A DNA stretch of 63,034 bases, counting the filler, from Folioceros fuciformis (Eukaryota): NCBI GenBank assembly GCA_049999805.1. It is 8 parts of 8 records of this genome, joined end to end, with 100 filler letters (N's around TTAATTAATTAA, not from the genome) between each part and the next. Parts side by side here need not be neighbours in the genome. Positions count along the whole stretch, not along the records: positions 30,044 to 36,840 come from JBNGIO010005860.1; positions 36,941 to 48,526 come from JBNGIO010005861.1; 6 more parts are not named here. One strand, written 5' to 3'. A program made the position numbers and the translations under genes. Position 1 is the stretch's first letter, and every line of letters begins with the position of its first letter. The notes below the pieces were generated by a model. The model searched no databases. It was not told where the DNA came from and saw only the letters and a list, made by a program, of their open reading frames with translations. Below, one piece after another: positions 33,815-46,987 of this stretch.

Positions 33815-36800
33815 ATATTCGAAGGCAAACACGATCTCACAAGTTGCTGCAGATTACAAGCTGAGGTCTCTCTGCATGCGGGAAGGAGACTCAGCAGAAA
33901 AGTACATCAGTACATTCAGAGCAGCTAGAAATATGTTACATGCTGCAGGCGATGTAATATCTGATTTTCAGGCTGGTGCTATTTTTCTGAACTCCCTTTC
34001 ACCAGCATACCGCTCCTTTGTATCAACTCAAAACCAAGTGGTGAGAGAGGCTGAGACTAGGGTAAGGGGCATTGGAAATCCACCTGTGTTGGACTTGAGT
34101 GAAATCTTCGGAGCATTCATGCAAGAGGAAGCACATATGGAGGGCCTCCAACAAAGTCATGGAAGAGATAAAGCTCATGCTTTGTATGCTGAAAAGGGGA
34201 AATTTAAGAAGAAGTGGGGAGGAAAACCGTACTCACCTACAAAACCTAGAGGAGCTGAATCCTCAAAGAAACGGCCTGGAAATTGCAGATGGTGTGGTCT
34301 TCCAAATCACTGGGAGCGGGAATGCAGGAAAAAGGCTAATGGAGAACCTAGAAAGGAGTTGGCACCAAGCTCTCATGTAGCTGTGAAGAAGACTACAAAA
34401 GGCACACATGTGATACTTACAATGTGTCTTGCCAGCTCATCATCAGCGAAGCAGAACTTTTGGTTTTTGGACTCGGGTGCCACAGCGCACATTTGTCACA
34501 ACAAGCTATTTTTCTCATCCTATGAGGAGTCTCAACCTGGACAATTTGTCCTGCTGGGCGATGAGAGTGGACTAGCTATAAAAGGACAGGGTAGTGTCCC
34601 TGTTGAAATGGCTGATGGTATCATTGTTGTGCTAGAGGATGTTCTTCATGTCCCTGCCATGACAAAACGCCTTTTATCAGTTAGGCAGCTCTGCAAAGAA
34701 GGTGTGCACACAGTTCAATTCACTGACAATGACTGCGAAATTTGCATGAAGGACTCTGATCTTGTAGTGACAAGGGGCACCGAGCAAAGTGAGCTGTATA
34801 AGCTAGATCTTCGACCTCTTCATCCCTTGAAGAAGTCTATTCATACAGTTGATGCGGCGACTGCGGAATTTCTTCTTGTGGAAGCACATCAAGGATCATT
34901 TGAGGGCCAGACTAGTTCTCAAGCAAAGAACACAAAGTTGTGGCATTTACGTCTAGGGCATCCTCATGCACAGAGACTATATAAGCTTCCTTCTAGTAGC
35001 CTGTACAGAGATGGGATTAAGGAGACTTTATCAGATCTACCTCTGTGCGAAGCATGCGTTTTTGGCAAGCAACATGAGCTTCCTTTTAAGAACAAGGCTC
35101 CTGAACGTGCCCTAGAAGTGCTGGAGCTTGTACATGCTGATATCTGTGGGCCCATTTCAGGGAAATCTTTCAGTGGTGCAGAATTTTTCATATCATTCAT
35201 TGATGACTTCTTGAGATATACACACACATACATACTCTGGAAGAAGTTAGATGTTTATGATGTCTTTGTGGAATATCTTGCATTGGTGGAACGTCAAACT
35301 GGAAAGAAGTTGAAGAAGCTGCACACAGACAACGGTGGAGAGTTTACTTCTAGGTTTACCCAATACTGTGGTGAGGTTGGTATCCAACAGCAGTTTACAG
35401 TTGTTTACAATTCCTAGCAAAATGGAGTTGTGGAAAGAAGTCATAGACGTAAGTAGGACGCAGCCAAAAGCATGCTCTACGCAGCAGGCCTGCCTATTCA
35501 ATTTTGGGCTGAGGCAATTATGTGTGCTACTTATCTCCAAAACAGACTACCTACCTCTGCTGTTGAAGGCAAGACACTGTTTGAGGTCTTTACGAGCAGG
35601 AAACCTTCAGTTGCTCACCTACGCACGTTTGGGTGCACAGCTTACGCGATTCTACACAAGAAGAAGCAACGGAAATTTCAGTTTTCCTCAAGGAAGATGG
35701 TGTTTGTGGGCTACACTGATGGACACAAAGCCTACAATCTCTTCAATCCTGAAACCAGGGAGGTCATCTATGCACGCAGTGTGATTTTTGACAAAGCCAA
35801 GTTGCTCACCAGTTTGGAGTCTCGCACTGCTACTGTTGGTGAGCCTGTGGGAGTCAGCACAGCTGCGGTGCCGGAGGAGATTCCCTTGGAATCCCTTGAA
35901 TGGTGGGAGGAGCAAGTTGTTCATTTTGACCAGTCAGAGGGCTGTGACATTCACCTGCCGTTGGTGGGAGCTTCCTCGCCTGTGGGAGTTTCCTCTACCC
36001 CTGCTCCATCAGGTGATGTATATGCGGATTCAGACAACTCTTTGGAGGATCATGAGGAGGAGAAGCCTGCTCCAGCTGTGGAGCCCCTACCTGTCACGCT
36101 TGCCCTTGTCAGAGCTCCACGGAGGCCTGCACTTGCTGTTGTTCCAACTGAAGGTCTTCGGCACAGCCTTCGCCAACCAGTACCTCGAGTGCGTTTTTCT
36201 CCGGATGACTTTCACATTCGACGGCCTCGAGGTGCTCGGGCTATTAATGACAGGGAGGATGATGGTCCTAATGTAACTGCTGCAAGTACTTCAGCTGAGA
36301 GTGTTGCTAGTCAGGAAGACCTACCTGAGAGTTGCTTCGGACCAGGTGTCGTTGCTAGCCCAAGCTTTGCTAACTGCAACTGCAAATCCGTCCGACCCTG
36401 TGACCTTTGAGCAAGCTTTCACGGGTCCCCATGGGAAAGAGTGGAAAGCTGCAGTTATAGACGAGCTCAAAAGCCTAGAGGAGAACCAAACCTGGATTGT
36501 GTGTGATCTTCCAAGTGACCGCAAGCCAGTTGGTTCCAAATGGGTGTTTAAAACCAAGCTGGATGAACATGCAAACTTGTCCAGATATAAAGCTAGGTTA
36601 GTAGCTCGTGGCTTTACACAAGAAGAAGGATTGGACTACACAGAAAAGTTTGCACCATTGGCAAAATTCCAAACTTTCTGCATTGTCATGGCCATTGCTG
36701 CTCACGAAGACCTAGAAATTCATCAGCTTGATGTTAAAACAACTTTCTTACATGGCGTGCTAGAAGAAGAAGTATACATGTCACAGCTGCCTGGCTTTGA

Positions 36801-36840
36801 AAAGACTGGAGCTGAACATAAAGTGTGTCGCCTGCACAAG
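33815..36840 (+). mobile_element. Ty1/copia gag-pol fragment (copia-C): gag C-terminus, zinc knuckle, protease, integrase, RT start
   Basis: [52 protein letters not shown]; contains stops and frameshifts. Confidence 0.92.
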
Positions 36841-36940
36841 NNNNNNNNNNNNNNNNNNNNNNNNNNNNNNNNNNNNNNNNNNNNTTAATTAATTAANNNN
36901 NNNNNNNNNNNNNNNNNNNNNNNNNNNNNNNNNNNNNNNN

Positions 36941-37289
36941 TGCCCACAAGAGAATATGCCAAGGCGTTAATCTCGGCTGGGACCGTCATAGAGGCTTCAT
37001 GTAGGTCGTCGCATCTGTAAGAACGCGAACCACGCCCCTGACCAACAGATCCGCCGCGCTGAGGCATTATCAACAACGAGAATAAAACATCAGAACCACG
37101 CGGGCTCTGATACGATGTCAATTTGGGAGTCGCAAAAGGTGAGAGCCGCGGAGCGCAGAGCCCTTGTGCGTGCAATCTACCAAATGTAATTGATTATGAA
37201 TAATAAATAAAATTGTCTTTAAGTATTATTTTATGCATAACCCTATTATTTACTTAAGTTGGGTCGTATAGGGTTACCCCCCCTCAACA
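36941..37289. mobile_element. Probable LTR end inserted into copia-D
   Basis: Non-coding stretch ending ...CTCAACA directly before copia protease-region sequence; truncated by a gap. Confidence 0.4.
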
Positions 37290-40200
37290 CAGAAGCACAT
37301 TCAACCACAGCCTCCACACCGGGGTTGCTGGTAACTTGTTTGTCTTCCACAAGGTTAGACTCACAAAGTTGGTTCCTAGATAATGGAGCCTCGAATCATA
37401 TGTGTTCACGTCGTACAACATTTGTTTCCTTTGAGTCAGTACCAACCTGTCATACAGCAGCAGTAGTGTTAGGAGATAGTTCAGAATTGCCTATTAGAGG
37501 ATCTGGTACAATACATGTAATGCTCCAGAGTGGAGAGATGTTTCAATTGGAAAACACCTTGTATGTCCCAGCCCTGACCAAGAACTTAGTGAGCACTATG
37601 GCTCTAGGCAAAACAGGTAAGTATAGAATTACCTTTGAAGGGTTAGAGTGTGTGATCTCTCCCCTTTTATCTCCTTCAGTGGTGCTAGCTAGGTGAACCC
37701 CTCTGTATGACTTGTATCTGCTTGATTTTGTGTCTATCCCACATAAGGCATCTGCTCAGTTAGCTGACTCTATACAATCCAAGACAGATCTTGCTTTTAA
37801 GTGGCACTATCACCTAGGACACCCAAACATCCAGGCAATGAGACGTCTGCTAAAGGAGAAAATGGTGTTAGGGTTCCATGAGACAAGCTTGCCTGACCTG
37901 GATTTGTGCGTAGCTTGTGTTCATGGGAAGCAGTTCAAATCTCACTTTGGGAGTGGAAAGCCATGAAAGCCAACTGAAGTCTTGGATCTTGTACACATAG
38001 ATATTTGTGGTCCCATGTCTACTCCATCATGGGGAGGTGCTAGGTACTTTGTGGTCTTCGAAGATGATAAGACACATTTTACAATCACTGAACTCCTGCA
38101 CAAGAAGAGTCATGTGTTTGAGAGTTTCAAACGATACCTAGCATATGCAGAAAGGCAAACTGGCTATAAGTTGAAGAGCATACGTTCTGACAATGGCAAG
38201 GAATACCTTTCAAATGCATTTCAGGAGTACTGCCAGGAAAGGGGAATTACAAGACAGTTGACTATACCTTACCATTCAGATATGAATGGAAGAGCAGAGA
38301 GGAGGCATCGCACCATCCAAGATGCAGCAAGGACTCTTCTATTTCAGGGGAGGCTGTCAATCAAATTTTGGGCTGAAGCTGTACAGGTAACAACTTTATC
38401 TGCAGAACAGAACTGCAGTGTCGTCACTCCATGGTGTGACTCCCTTCGAAGCTTGGACAGGTTCCAAACTAGATTTGTCTCACTTGAGGGTGTTCGGCAG
38501 CATTGCATATGCACATATCCCAAATCAATTGCGTCAGAAATTTGCATTCAAATCCAGGAAGCACCTCTTCATCGGCTACACTCTAGGTATTCATGGCTAT
38601 CGACTGTTTGAGCCTACTTCGCGTAGAGTTATACATGCACGGACAGTCGCATTTGATGAGCAGTCAATATTAGGGCCAAGATCAGAAACATTACCTATGA
38701 GTGAGTCTGATGACCTTCCTGTTCTTGATGATGTTGAAGTTGAAGTTGACACAGTCTCTTTTCCTGATATAGTTGATTTTCCTGATGTGGATCCTTCCTT
38801 TGATCCCCCTCCTGATGTTCAACCACAGCCAGCCGTGCCTGTTGCACTAGTCCCCAACCCTGTCATTCCTACACCTGTACCTCTTGCACTATCTCCACCT
38901 GAGTCTGATGATGAGGTAGATTTATTTAACTTGCTTGATGAGCAGAATGAATAGGATGAAGCAGATCCCTTACCAGAGCCTGTCAATACTGATGTTGATG
39001 ACCCAATAGAGTACGTCATGCCTCCAGTCCAGCCTTGTAGGTCAGCTTGAGTCCATCGCCCTCCATCCCAGTGGCTGGAACCCCCTTACAGGAGTGAAGA
39101 TTTCCGGAAAGTCCTTCCTCCTATTGGGTTAGAAGCCGATGAGATTGTAGTTGATGTGGTAGACTATGCAAACGTGTCTATTAACCCTGGACATGAGCCA
39201 CAGTCTTACTATGAGGCCACACATGGACCTGATGCTGCACACTAGAAAGAAGCCATCAAATCAAGATATGACTCTCTTCTGTCCAATACAACATGGGAGC
39301 TTTGCCCTCCGCCTCAGAGGAGGAAGATTGCTACCTCAAAGTGGATATTCAAGTTAAAATATAAGGCGGATGGCAGTATAGCTCGGTATAAGGCATGACT
39401 GGTAGCTCGGGGATTTTCACAAGTACCTGGCCTGGATTACAACGACGCCTTCTCTCCAGTCGTCAAGGCTCAGTCTCTAAGGGTGCTGTTTTCGATGTCA
39501 ACCTTCTTCTCTTTATTCATCCACCAGATGGATGTGAAAACTGCGTTTCTACACGGCAAGTTAGAAGAAGACATCTATATGCAGCAGCCAGAAGGACACG
39601 AACTGGAAGGGAAAGAAGATTGGGTGTGTAAGCTACTTAAAACCTTGTATGGGCTAAAGCAAAGCCCAAGGGCCTGGTACCAAGTCATAGATGAATTTCT
39701 TCTTGATCTGATGTTTGTCAAAAGTGTCGCTGACTCAAACGTGTACATGCTGCAAGAGAGTGGAGGTTTTGTCATTCTAGCTTTATATGTAGATGACTGT
39801 ATACTAATGGGAACTGACTTGGACAGAATCACAAAAGTAAAGAGCTTACTGTCAGGTAGGTTTGACATGGTAGATGTCAGAGAGTTGTCTTACTGCCTGG
39901 GCACACAACTTCAGAGAGATCCTATTAGTGGGTTACTGGTGATACATCAAGAAAAGTACATCCTTGATATGTTGTTCAAGTACAAACTAACAGATGCTAA
40001 GCTAGCTTTGACACCCTTAGAAGCAGGATGTAAGCTAACAAAAGATCAATCTCCTAAGACTGATGCTCAAAGAGAAGAGATGGTAAACGTACCTTATGCC
40101 CAAGCAGTGGGCTCGCTAATATTCTGTGCAAACCATAGTAGACCAGATGTGTCTCTAGCTGTTAGTATGACCTCCCAGTTTCTAAAAGAGCCAAGCAAAG

Positions 40201-41998
40201 TGCATTGGTTAGTAGCTAAAAGGATATTGAGGTATCTGAAAGGCACAAGCAATCATGGACTGCATTATTTGAAGAGGAAACGAGATGAAGAACAATTTAT
40301 CTTGGTTGGTTACTGTGATGTCGATTGGGCATCAGACCCAGATACTCGACGATCAATCTCCGCATATACATTCCTATTGGCAGGAGGAGCTGTGACATGG
40401 TCGTCCAAGAAACAATCAACAGTCTCGCTCTCATCAATAGAAGCAAAGTATGCTGCTTCTCACTTCAGCTGCCAAGGAAGCAATATGGCTTAGGAGATTG
40501 CTTGCAGATCTAGGCCAACAACAAAAGGAACCAACAATGATATATTGTGACAATCAGTCAGCATTATCACTTGCTCAAAATCTAGTATTTCATGCCCGCC
40601 CCAAGCACATTGAGGTGCATCATCACTTCATCAGGAATGCAGTAACTACTGGGCAAATCAAACTGGAGTATATACCGATTGATATTAACACAGCAGACAT
40701 ATTAACAAAGGCACTTCCAAAATTTAAACACTACCAGCTTACGGAGTCTCTTGGGGTACATGTGTTCCCCAAATTGTCTACTCAGAATGATTAGCTGTGT
40801 AGTGATAGCAAAGTCTGAAGATGTCTAGCAACCAGAGCTCTTAGAATCACTAGAGCTGCTGAGTTGGTTAAAGAACTTGGTCCTCTCATCCTTATCCCCT
40901 CTCAGGAGAGCAAGGAACCTTCTATCATTGTTAGGTTCAGAAACTTAACTGTCCTCTTTAGAGTTGTATACCACATAAGCTTCCTCACACATAATCTCGC
41001 TGGATCTTGCACATTCAAGTGAGAGTGTTAGTAATAAAGTCAGCAGTAGCAACAACTCAAACCAAAGAAACAATGGGAGATAGATTAGAGTCTGGTTGCT
41101 CACTATAGAACGAAACATAAACCCTTGCGCTCCCTTCAGGCAGGTTGAAGTGTCTAGGCCTGTAATAAGAAGGGAAGAAAACAGTCAGTTCTCTGTTGAG
41201 CAAGGTATCAGCTCCGTTTATATCAAGTGAGTAGGTTCCACTCTTGGTCCTTCAATGTTTGAGGCTGCAGGTGTGGTGGCCTGATTCTCCTGGCAAAGAG
41301 GACTCTTAGAATCTGAGGTCTTCTAAGCTTTAGCAGCTCGTTCTCCAGCTTCTTCATCAGCCCTCTTCACCACAAATGTAACAGTTGCTGATGAGCGTGG
41401 AAGGCTGATTAGTTGCCAGAACAGTAGCAGTATTGGGAGACTGTGAAATAGAAGCACCTGCAAGATTTGGAGCAGCTGAAGAAGACGGATTGTTTGCAGC
41501 TGTGGAGTAGATATGACTGAAGCGCCTGGGTCTTGTGGCAGTGCGCACATGGATCAGGTCTTCCCTGACTTCATCTTCGTCCAAGATCACAGAACTGTCA
41601 CGTAGAGAAGTGTTGGAGCACATGGTGAGGTTCAGCTCAGCTGGCGGCGGTCAGCTTGGCTTAGCTGCAGAGACTGAGCACGGCACTGGGTTTCACAAAG
41701 GAAGCCGTAATGGAAGTTAGGGTTTCATTGTTTAAATAACCCTTGGTTCAAGAATTAAGTTACATACATTGTGCAAAGTAAATGTTAGTAATGAGTGGGA
41801 GTGTTGAAAGTATTTTATGACGTTTAAATACTATACATTACCAACATTGTTACTTAGTTAGGTTACATAGTTTGTTTGGTTGTTTTAGCGGTTATGGCGG
41901 TTGCATGCTTTATGAGCGTTTTTGTATCAATCACAATGCAATGAATGTGTGTGCTTTTGAGGATCATGTTTGTGTAAAAGCATTGAAGAATGTGAACA
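37290..41998 (+). mobile_element. Ty1/copia element (copia-D): PR-INT-RT-RH, ~1-kb 3' region, PPT, 3' LTR
   Basis: FLDNGAS, HIDICGP, RSDNGKEY, YVDD, ADILTK; pol ends at 40794; PPT GAGTGGGAG at ~41793-41801; LTR 41802-41998 (TGTT...AACA) interrupts a gypsy gag. Confidence 0.9.
40800..41623 (-). pseudogene. Decayed antisense two-exon accessory gene of copia-D (intron ~41103-41007)
   Basis: ACCATG start at 41623; protein-like frames with frameshifts; donor VSFY TATA|GTGAGC; branch-like CTGAC/CTAAC; acceptor reads TGCAA|GA (AG->AA inferred). Confidence 0.45.
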
Positions 41999-43579
41999 AT
42001 CTACATACCAATAGTCACCTGGCATGTAGGCCTCCACCTGATTGACAACATGTCTTGGTGCTCTAGCACACTTCCTATTGGTATGACCTGCTTGTTGACA
42101 AATTGAGCAATATACCCCATGCCTCCCAGGAGATGGTGATCTCCTTGGTGCTTGATTGCGAATAGTCCTCACCTCAAGCTCTGCCAAACGCTTGGTCAAT
42201 GCCTCAATCTTGTCCTCCGCAACACTTCCGCCCGTAGGTAAGATGGCTCTCTCCATCCTATAAGATCCCTTTCCTCTCCTATCCTTCTCAGCCGACCTCT
42301 CAGCCTCTTTCTGACGTCTCCTATGAACTCTATCCAGATCCTTTTTGATCCTCCTTTCATAGCCACGATCCGACTCCTCATCAAAATACCCATCTGACCC
42401 ATAGCTGTCAAGTTCCACATCTGACAGAGAAGGAGATGTAGATCTGGATGAAGAATTGGGGCTAGAGTGTCTCCTTCCCCCATGCCTCTTAGATTCCCAC
42501 TGCCTCCTCCTTCTCTTGTTGATCTCCGTCGTCTCGTAGTCTTCAGCAGCTTTGATGGCTCCTTCCAAAGTTGCCACACCCCTTCGACAGTAGGTCTCCA
42601 TCTTCTCAGGCAAGCCACCAGCAAACCAATCGAAGGCTTGCTCATCTAAATATCCAAGTGTATTATGCCCTCCAGGCCCTCTTGGCCTTCTAAGCACCCT
42701 AACTATGTAGCTATAGAACCTGTTTATGTAAGAATATAGATCCTCTTTCCTACCTCTCCTTAGAGTCCTTAATCTAGCAAAGGTACCCGTATGATGACCA
42801 CGACTCAACCCTCTAAACCTAGTCAGAAATTCAGACTTGAGGGTCCCCCAACTCAACGGTGTGGTACTACTATACGTCCTACTGTACCATTGTTGGGCTT
42901 GGCCCCTCAATAGCCTTGGGAATAGCCTTAGCCTATCAATTTCTGACCCCTTAAGGTTAGCATTAGATACGTGTTCAAAAGTCCTAATTAAAGCCTCTGC
43001 ATCTCCTCTCTTTCCCTCTCCAAACTTAGCATAATGCTGACTACGATGTGGGTGGACAACACTTCCACCACTAGCACCTGACCCACTCATCCTAACCGGC
43101 TGTACAACAAGTACTGACTGGTTGACAAATGTTTGAGTGCCCACTAACGCACTGATAGTTATCTGACCAACAACTGATAGACTGATAGATGACTGGTAAA
43201 TTGCTGACAAATTGGTAGCCTGTTGGGTAACAACAGACAAACTTGTAGCTGCCTGCTGAATAGATCCAGCTTTCAAAGCTCTGATAGATGTTGGCAGATG
43301 TGACTGAACTATCCCGTAAGGATGTTCCCTCTTTGATAAACCCGTAGGAACCTCTTGGATCACTCCTTCCCCTCCTTCAGACTCAAAGTTAGGTCCCCCA
43401 TTTGGAAAATCAGCTTCTTCCTTTGCAAGTACACCAAGACTAGGCACAAAGTCAGTCTCTCTCACCCACTTGTCACTCTTTCCTTCACGGATCACATTCC
43501 TCCATGCAGCTCGCTGATCTCTTGGCGAAAAGGTGTCTCTCCTTCTTCTAGCTCCACGTTCACCACGACCACCAAACAT
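41999..43579 (-). CDS. Athila-like gypsy gag (truncated by the copia-D LTR)
   Basis: LRGQAQQWY...SWGTLKSEFLTRF retrotransposon-gag motif and knuckle CSICQQAGHTNRKC; lies downstream of a tRNA-Asp PBS. Confidence 0.85.
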
Positions 43580-43634
43580 GGTTGTCCATGCTGCTCAAGC
43601 ACTTCATACACACAAAAGCAACACACAAGCTCAC

Positions 43635-43652
43635 TCCTTGGCAACGGCACCA
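43635..43652 (-). promoter_or_regulatory. Primer-binding site (tRNA-Asp type)
   Basis: Minus strand TGGTGCCGTTGCCAAGGA, 15/18 match to the Athila PBS. Confidence 0.8.
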
Positions 43653-43656
43653 AAAA

Positions 43657-44857
43657 CGTGGCGGCTGGATCTCGGGGAGTGGGACTCCCTGAGCTCTGTC
43701 CTATAGTGGCCACACTTATCCCACTGTCATTAGTATAGAATGGGTTTCGATCCCACCAAAGAGTGGCTAGTGTTCCCAATCTGTAGTGTATGAGATGACT
43801 TCTCCTAACTCCACAACTTCACAACTCTTACATCCAACCCAACAACTCCTGTCCACTCAACTATTGACTCTCTACTTTTGACCTTGCGACCCCTAGTTAG
43901 GACTCATCTAGTGGCAAACTGATCAGGTTTGTCACCCTTGATCTGACCACACCACCTCCCACTTCACACTTCTCACGTCTCACAACCAACTTCCATCCAA
44001 ATCACTTCTGACCTTGCTAACTTCGGCAAGAGGTACTACTCAGCTTCCAACAGACCTGCCAACTGCAGATAGGTCAGGACTGTCACTCCTACCTTGCCAA
44101 CGGTTCAGGTCGCCATTGCCAACCTATGGATAGATCTTCACACTCTCAACTGCTGTAGGTGTTACTGCCTACAGCCCCCTCACTCCAGGTACTGGAAACC
44201 ACAAGTCAGGACCTGCAGGAGGAAGCTACAACCATGTTGCAACCCTCCCTCGTCAGTTCCTGCCAGCACCACGTCAGAAACACACACCAATTAGGGCGGA
44301 TTTGAGGAACCACAGCCTCAGGCTCCTTGTTAGGCCTTGAGCACTCTCAGTGCCTTGCAACTCTAAACACTACAATGACCTTCACCTCTACTCCTCTACT
44401 TGTTCTCCCCTCCGCGGGTCAAAACTCTCCTACGCTACCCCACAGATTGATGGAACCTGCCCTTACCTCCTACTAGACACCAAGTCTCCTTGGCCGGCAA
44501 CACACTAGCAAGACTAGCATGCGGGAACAGTAGGGACAGCAACCATGGACACTTGCACCATCAGCCAAACCCCAACCTCATCCACATCTACAGCTGCAAC
44601 TTAGCAACATCTGACCGAAAAGAGAGACGAGGTCTCAACCACATCAATCAGTTGAAACAAGAGACATATGGAGCTCAAGAAGCAAGAGCTGAAGACTAAA
44701 GGGTGGCAAATGACAAAATGAGTTCAGGGAACTCTCCTAGCCTTATAGGAGATCCCCTCTCTCTTCACTCTCTCTCCTTAGGTCAATACTATAAAAATCA
44801 ACTAAATTAATGAACCTCTTGGCTCATTGACGTAGGCTTGCCTAGAAAGTGACTCGG
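43657..44857 (-). repeat. Partial 5' LTR of the second Athila-like element
   Basis: Non-coding sequence adjacent to the PBS (terminus CCACG vs expected CCACA), interrupted by a copia LTR. Confidence 0.55.
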
Positions 44858-46987
44858 TGTCAGAAGTCTTAATGGGTGACAGGAGTCTTCATGTATGCTG
44901 TGAACGTGGTAGAGGTGCAGCACTAGCGACACAGCAAGTAGACTAAGACTTAAAAAAATGTATGTTCCAAAAATGTATATTATATGTCAGTTGGGGTTGG
45001 TGCCCCTTCACTCTATAAGTGTAAGCGGACAAGAAATGCTATGTACTTATGTATATAAATAATCAGCGATTACTTATCCTAACACACCCCCTTAAGGACA
45101 AAGCTGTTTCGTAAAGCCATTGTACCACAACGCTCACAATTTGCAGTTGAGAACTGCAAATTGGCAATGGAACTGGGAGACGTGTTGTTGTTGCAGGGCG
45201 AGTGATGAAGCACCAAAGGCAGAGTGGCAGAGGTAAGACATGTCCAACTGCCAGCAGAAATTAGTGCAACAGGCGCAGCGATTAGATAGCAAGCTGAAGC
45301 TTCATCCGCAACAACCTGTTGTTAGAGCTGAAGAAAGCATCTCCAGACTCGAAGAACCCTAACGTGAAAGGGAAGGGGAAGGAGACACACTGAGATGATC
45401 TACCAATCCCATCTGTTCTAGATGAAAGGTATGCTTAGGGCCAGGCAGTGTCTTTGTGAGTAAGTCTGCAACATTCAAGTCTGTAGACACATGCTCAATT
45501 CTGACGACTTTCCTTTCAACAGAATGGTGCACAAAATGGTGCTAGATTTCTATGTGTTTCGTGCGTGCGTGGAAACGCGGATTCCCTACAAGAGCTATGG
45601 TGGACTGGTTATCACAAAAGACTGTAGTGGGCTGGGGCTGTGAGACACGAAGACCGGCCAAGAAACTCCTCTCCCATTCAGCTTCTTTAGCTGCATTTGT
45701 AAGGGCTTTGTACTCAACCTCAGTGGAGGACAGAGCTATAGAAGCCTGCTTCTTTGAACTCCAATTTACAGCTGCGCCTGAGAGGAAGAAGCAGTAGGCA
45801 GACATGCTGCATTTACTTTCAAGGTTTGAGGCCCAATCGACATCAGCGTAACCTACAAGTGTGAAACCATTAGGTGCGCCCCCTCTATAACACAGTCTAT
45901 ATGTCGTGGTGCCCTTAAGATAACGCATGATGCGTTTGACAGTGCTCCAGTGCTCTTTGCCAGGTTGTTCTAGAAACTGAGCAACGGAGCTGACAGCATG
46001 TTGTATATCCGGGCGTGTCCAGCAAGCAATATAATTCAGACACCCTATTGCGTGCCGATACGGGACAGAGGACATAGCCTCAATCTCGTCGTTGTCCTTG
46101 GGTGATTGCTCAGAGGTAAGTCTGAAACCAATAGTGCCAGGAGTGTTTACAGGTCAAGCATTGTCCACATTAAAACGCCGGAGAGTCTCATTCACATACT
46201 TCGTCTGGTGCAGGACTAGGATTTTGTTTTGTCTGCCTCTCAACAACTGGACTCCCAGCACAAAGGTGATTGTCCCTACATCTTTCATATCATATTGTCT
46301 ATGGAGCATTTTCTTAACCCATTCTAATAGCTCACAATTTTTTGACGCTAGAATTGCGCCATCGACATAGAGAGCTAACAACACCATTTTCCCATCTTTG
46401 AAATAAACATAAACGTTGGCATCTGCAGGATTCTGGAGAAAACGAATAGACTTCAGGTAGGCATCAATAGTTTTGTACCACTCACGTGCACTCTATTTTA
46501 GGCCGTAGATAGTCTTCTTCAACTTACATGCCCATGTGGGATGTTCAGGGTCAAGAAAGCCTCCCGGCTGCTCCATAAATATGTCTTCTTCAAGCTCCCC
46601 GTACAAGAATGCTGTAGATACGTCCATCTGCTCTAAGTCCCAATCTCAAGCATATGCAAGTGCCAGGATGAGCCTAATAGATTGAGTTTTGACCATAGGG
46701 CTGAAGGTTTCTGTATAGTCGACACCTGCAACCTAAGAAAAACCACGAGCCACAAGTCTAGATTTATATCTAGTTATTTGGCCTCGTGCATTAAGCTTGT
46801 GCTTAAACACCCACTTGCAGCTCACAGCTTTCCTCTCAGTAGGTAAGGGAAGCTCCCATGTCTCGTTTTTTATTAGAGAATCATATTCATCTTTGATAGA
46901 AGGAATCCACTGATCCTTGTCTTTGCCTGTAATCGCCTCTTGATATGTACGAGGCTCTGGAGGAAATCCAGTACCAAAATCGACAGG
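44858..46987 (-). mobile_element. Ty1/copia fragment (copia-E): RT-RNase H, PPT, ~227-bp 3' LTR
   Basis: [38 protein letters not shown] at 45085-45093; LTR ~44858-45084. Confidence 0.85.

Noticed and set aside
41017-41035. AAGTGAGAG-TGTTAG as the real PPT/LTR start of copia-D
   Set aside because: A better PPT with TGTT...AACA LTR ends lies at 41793-41998. This site coincides with the branch/polypyrimidine region of the antisense intron.
41357-41390. CYICGEEG as a zinc knuckle
   Set aside because: It terminates before the His/Cys residues and probably arises from an off-frame read after a frameshift.
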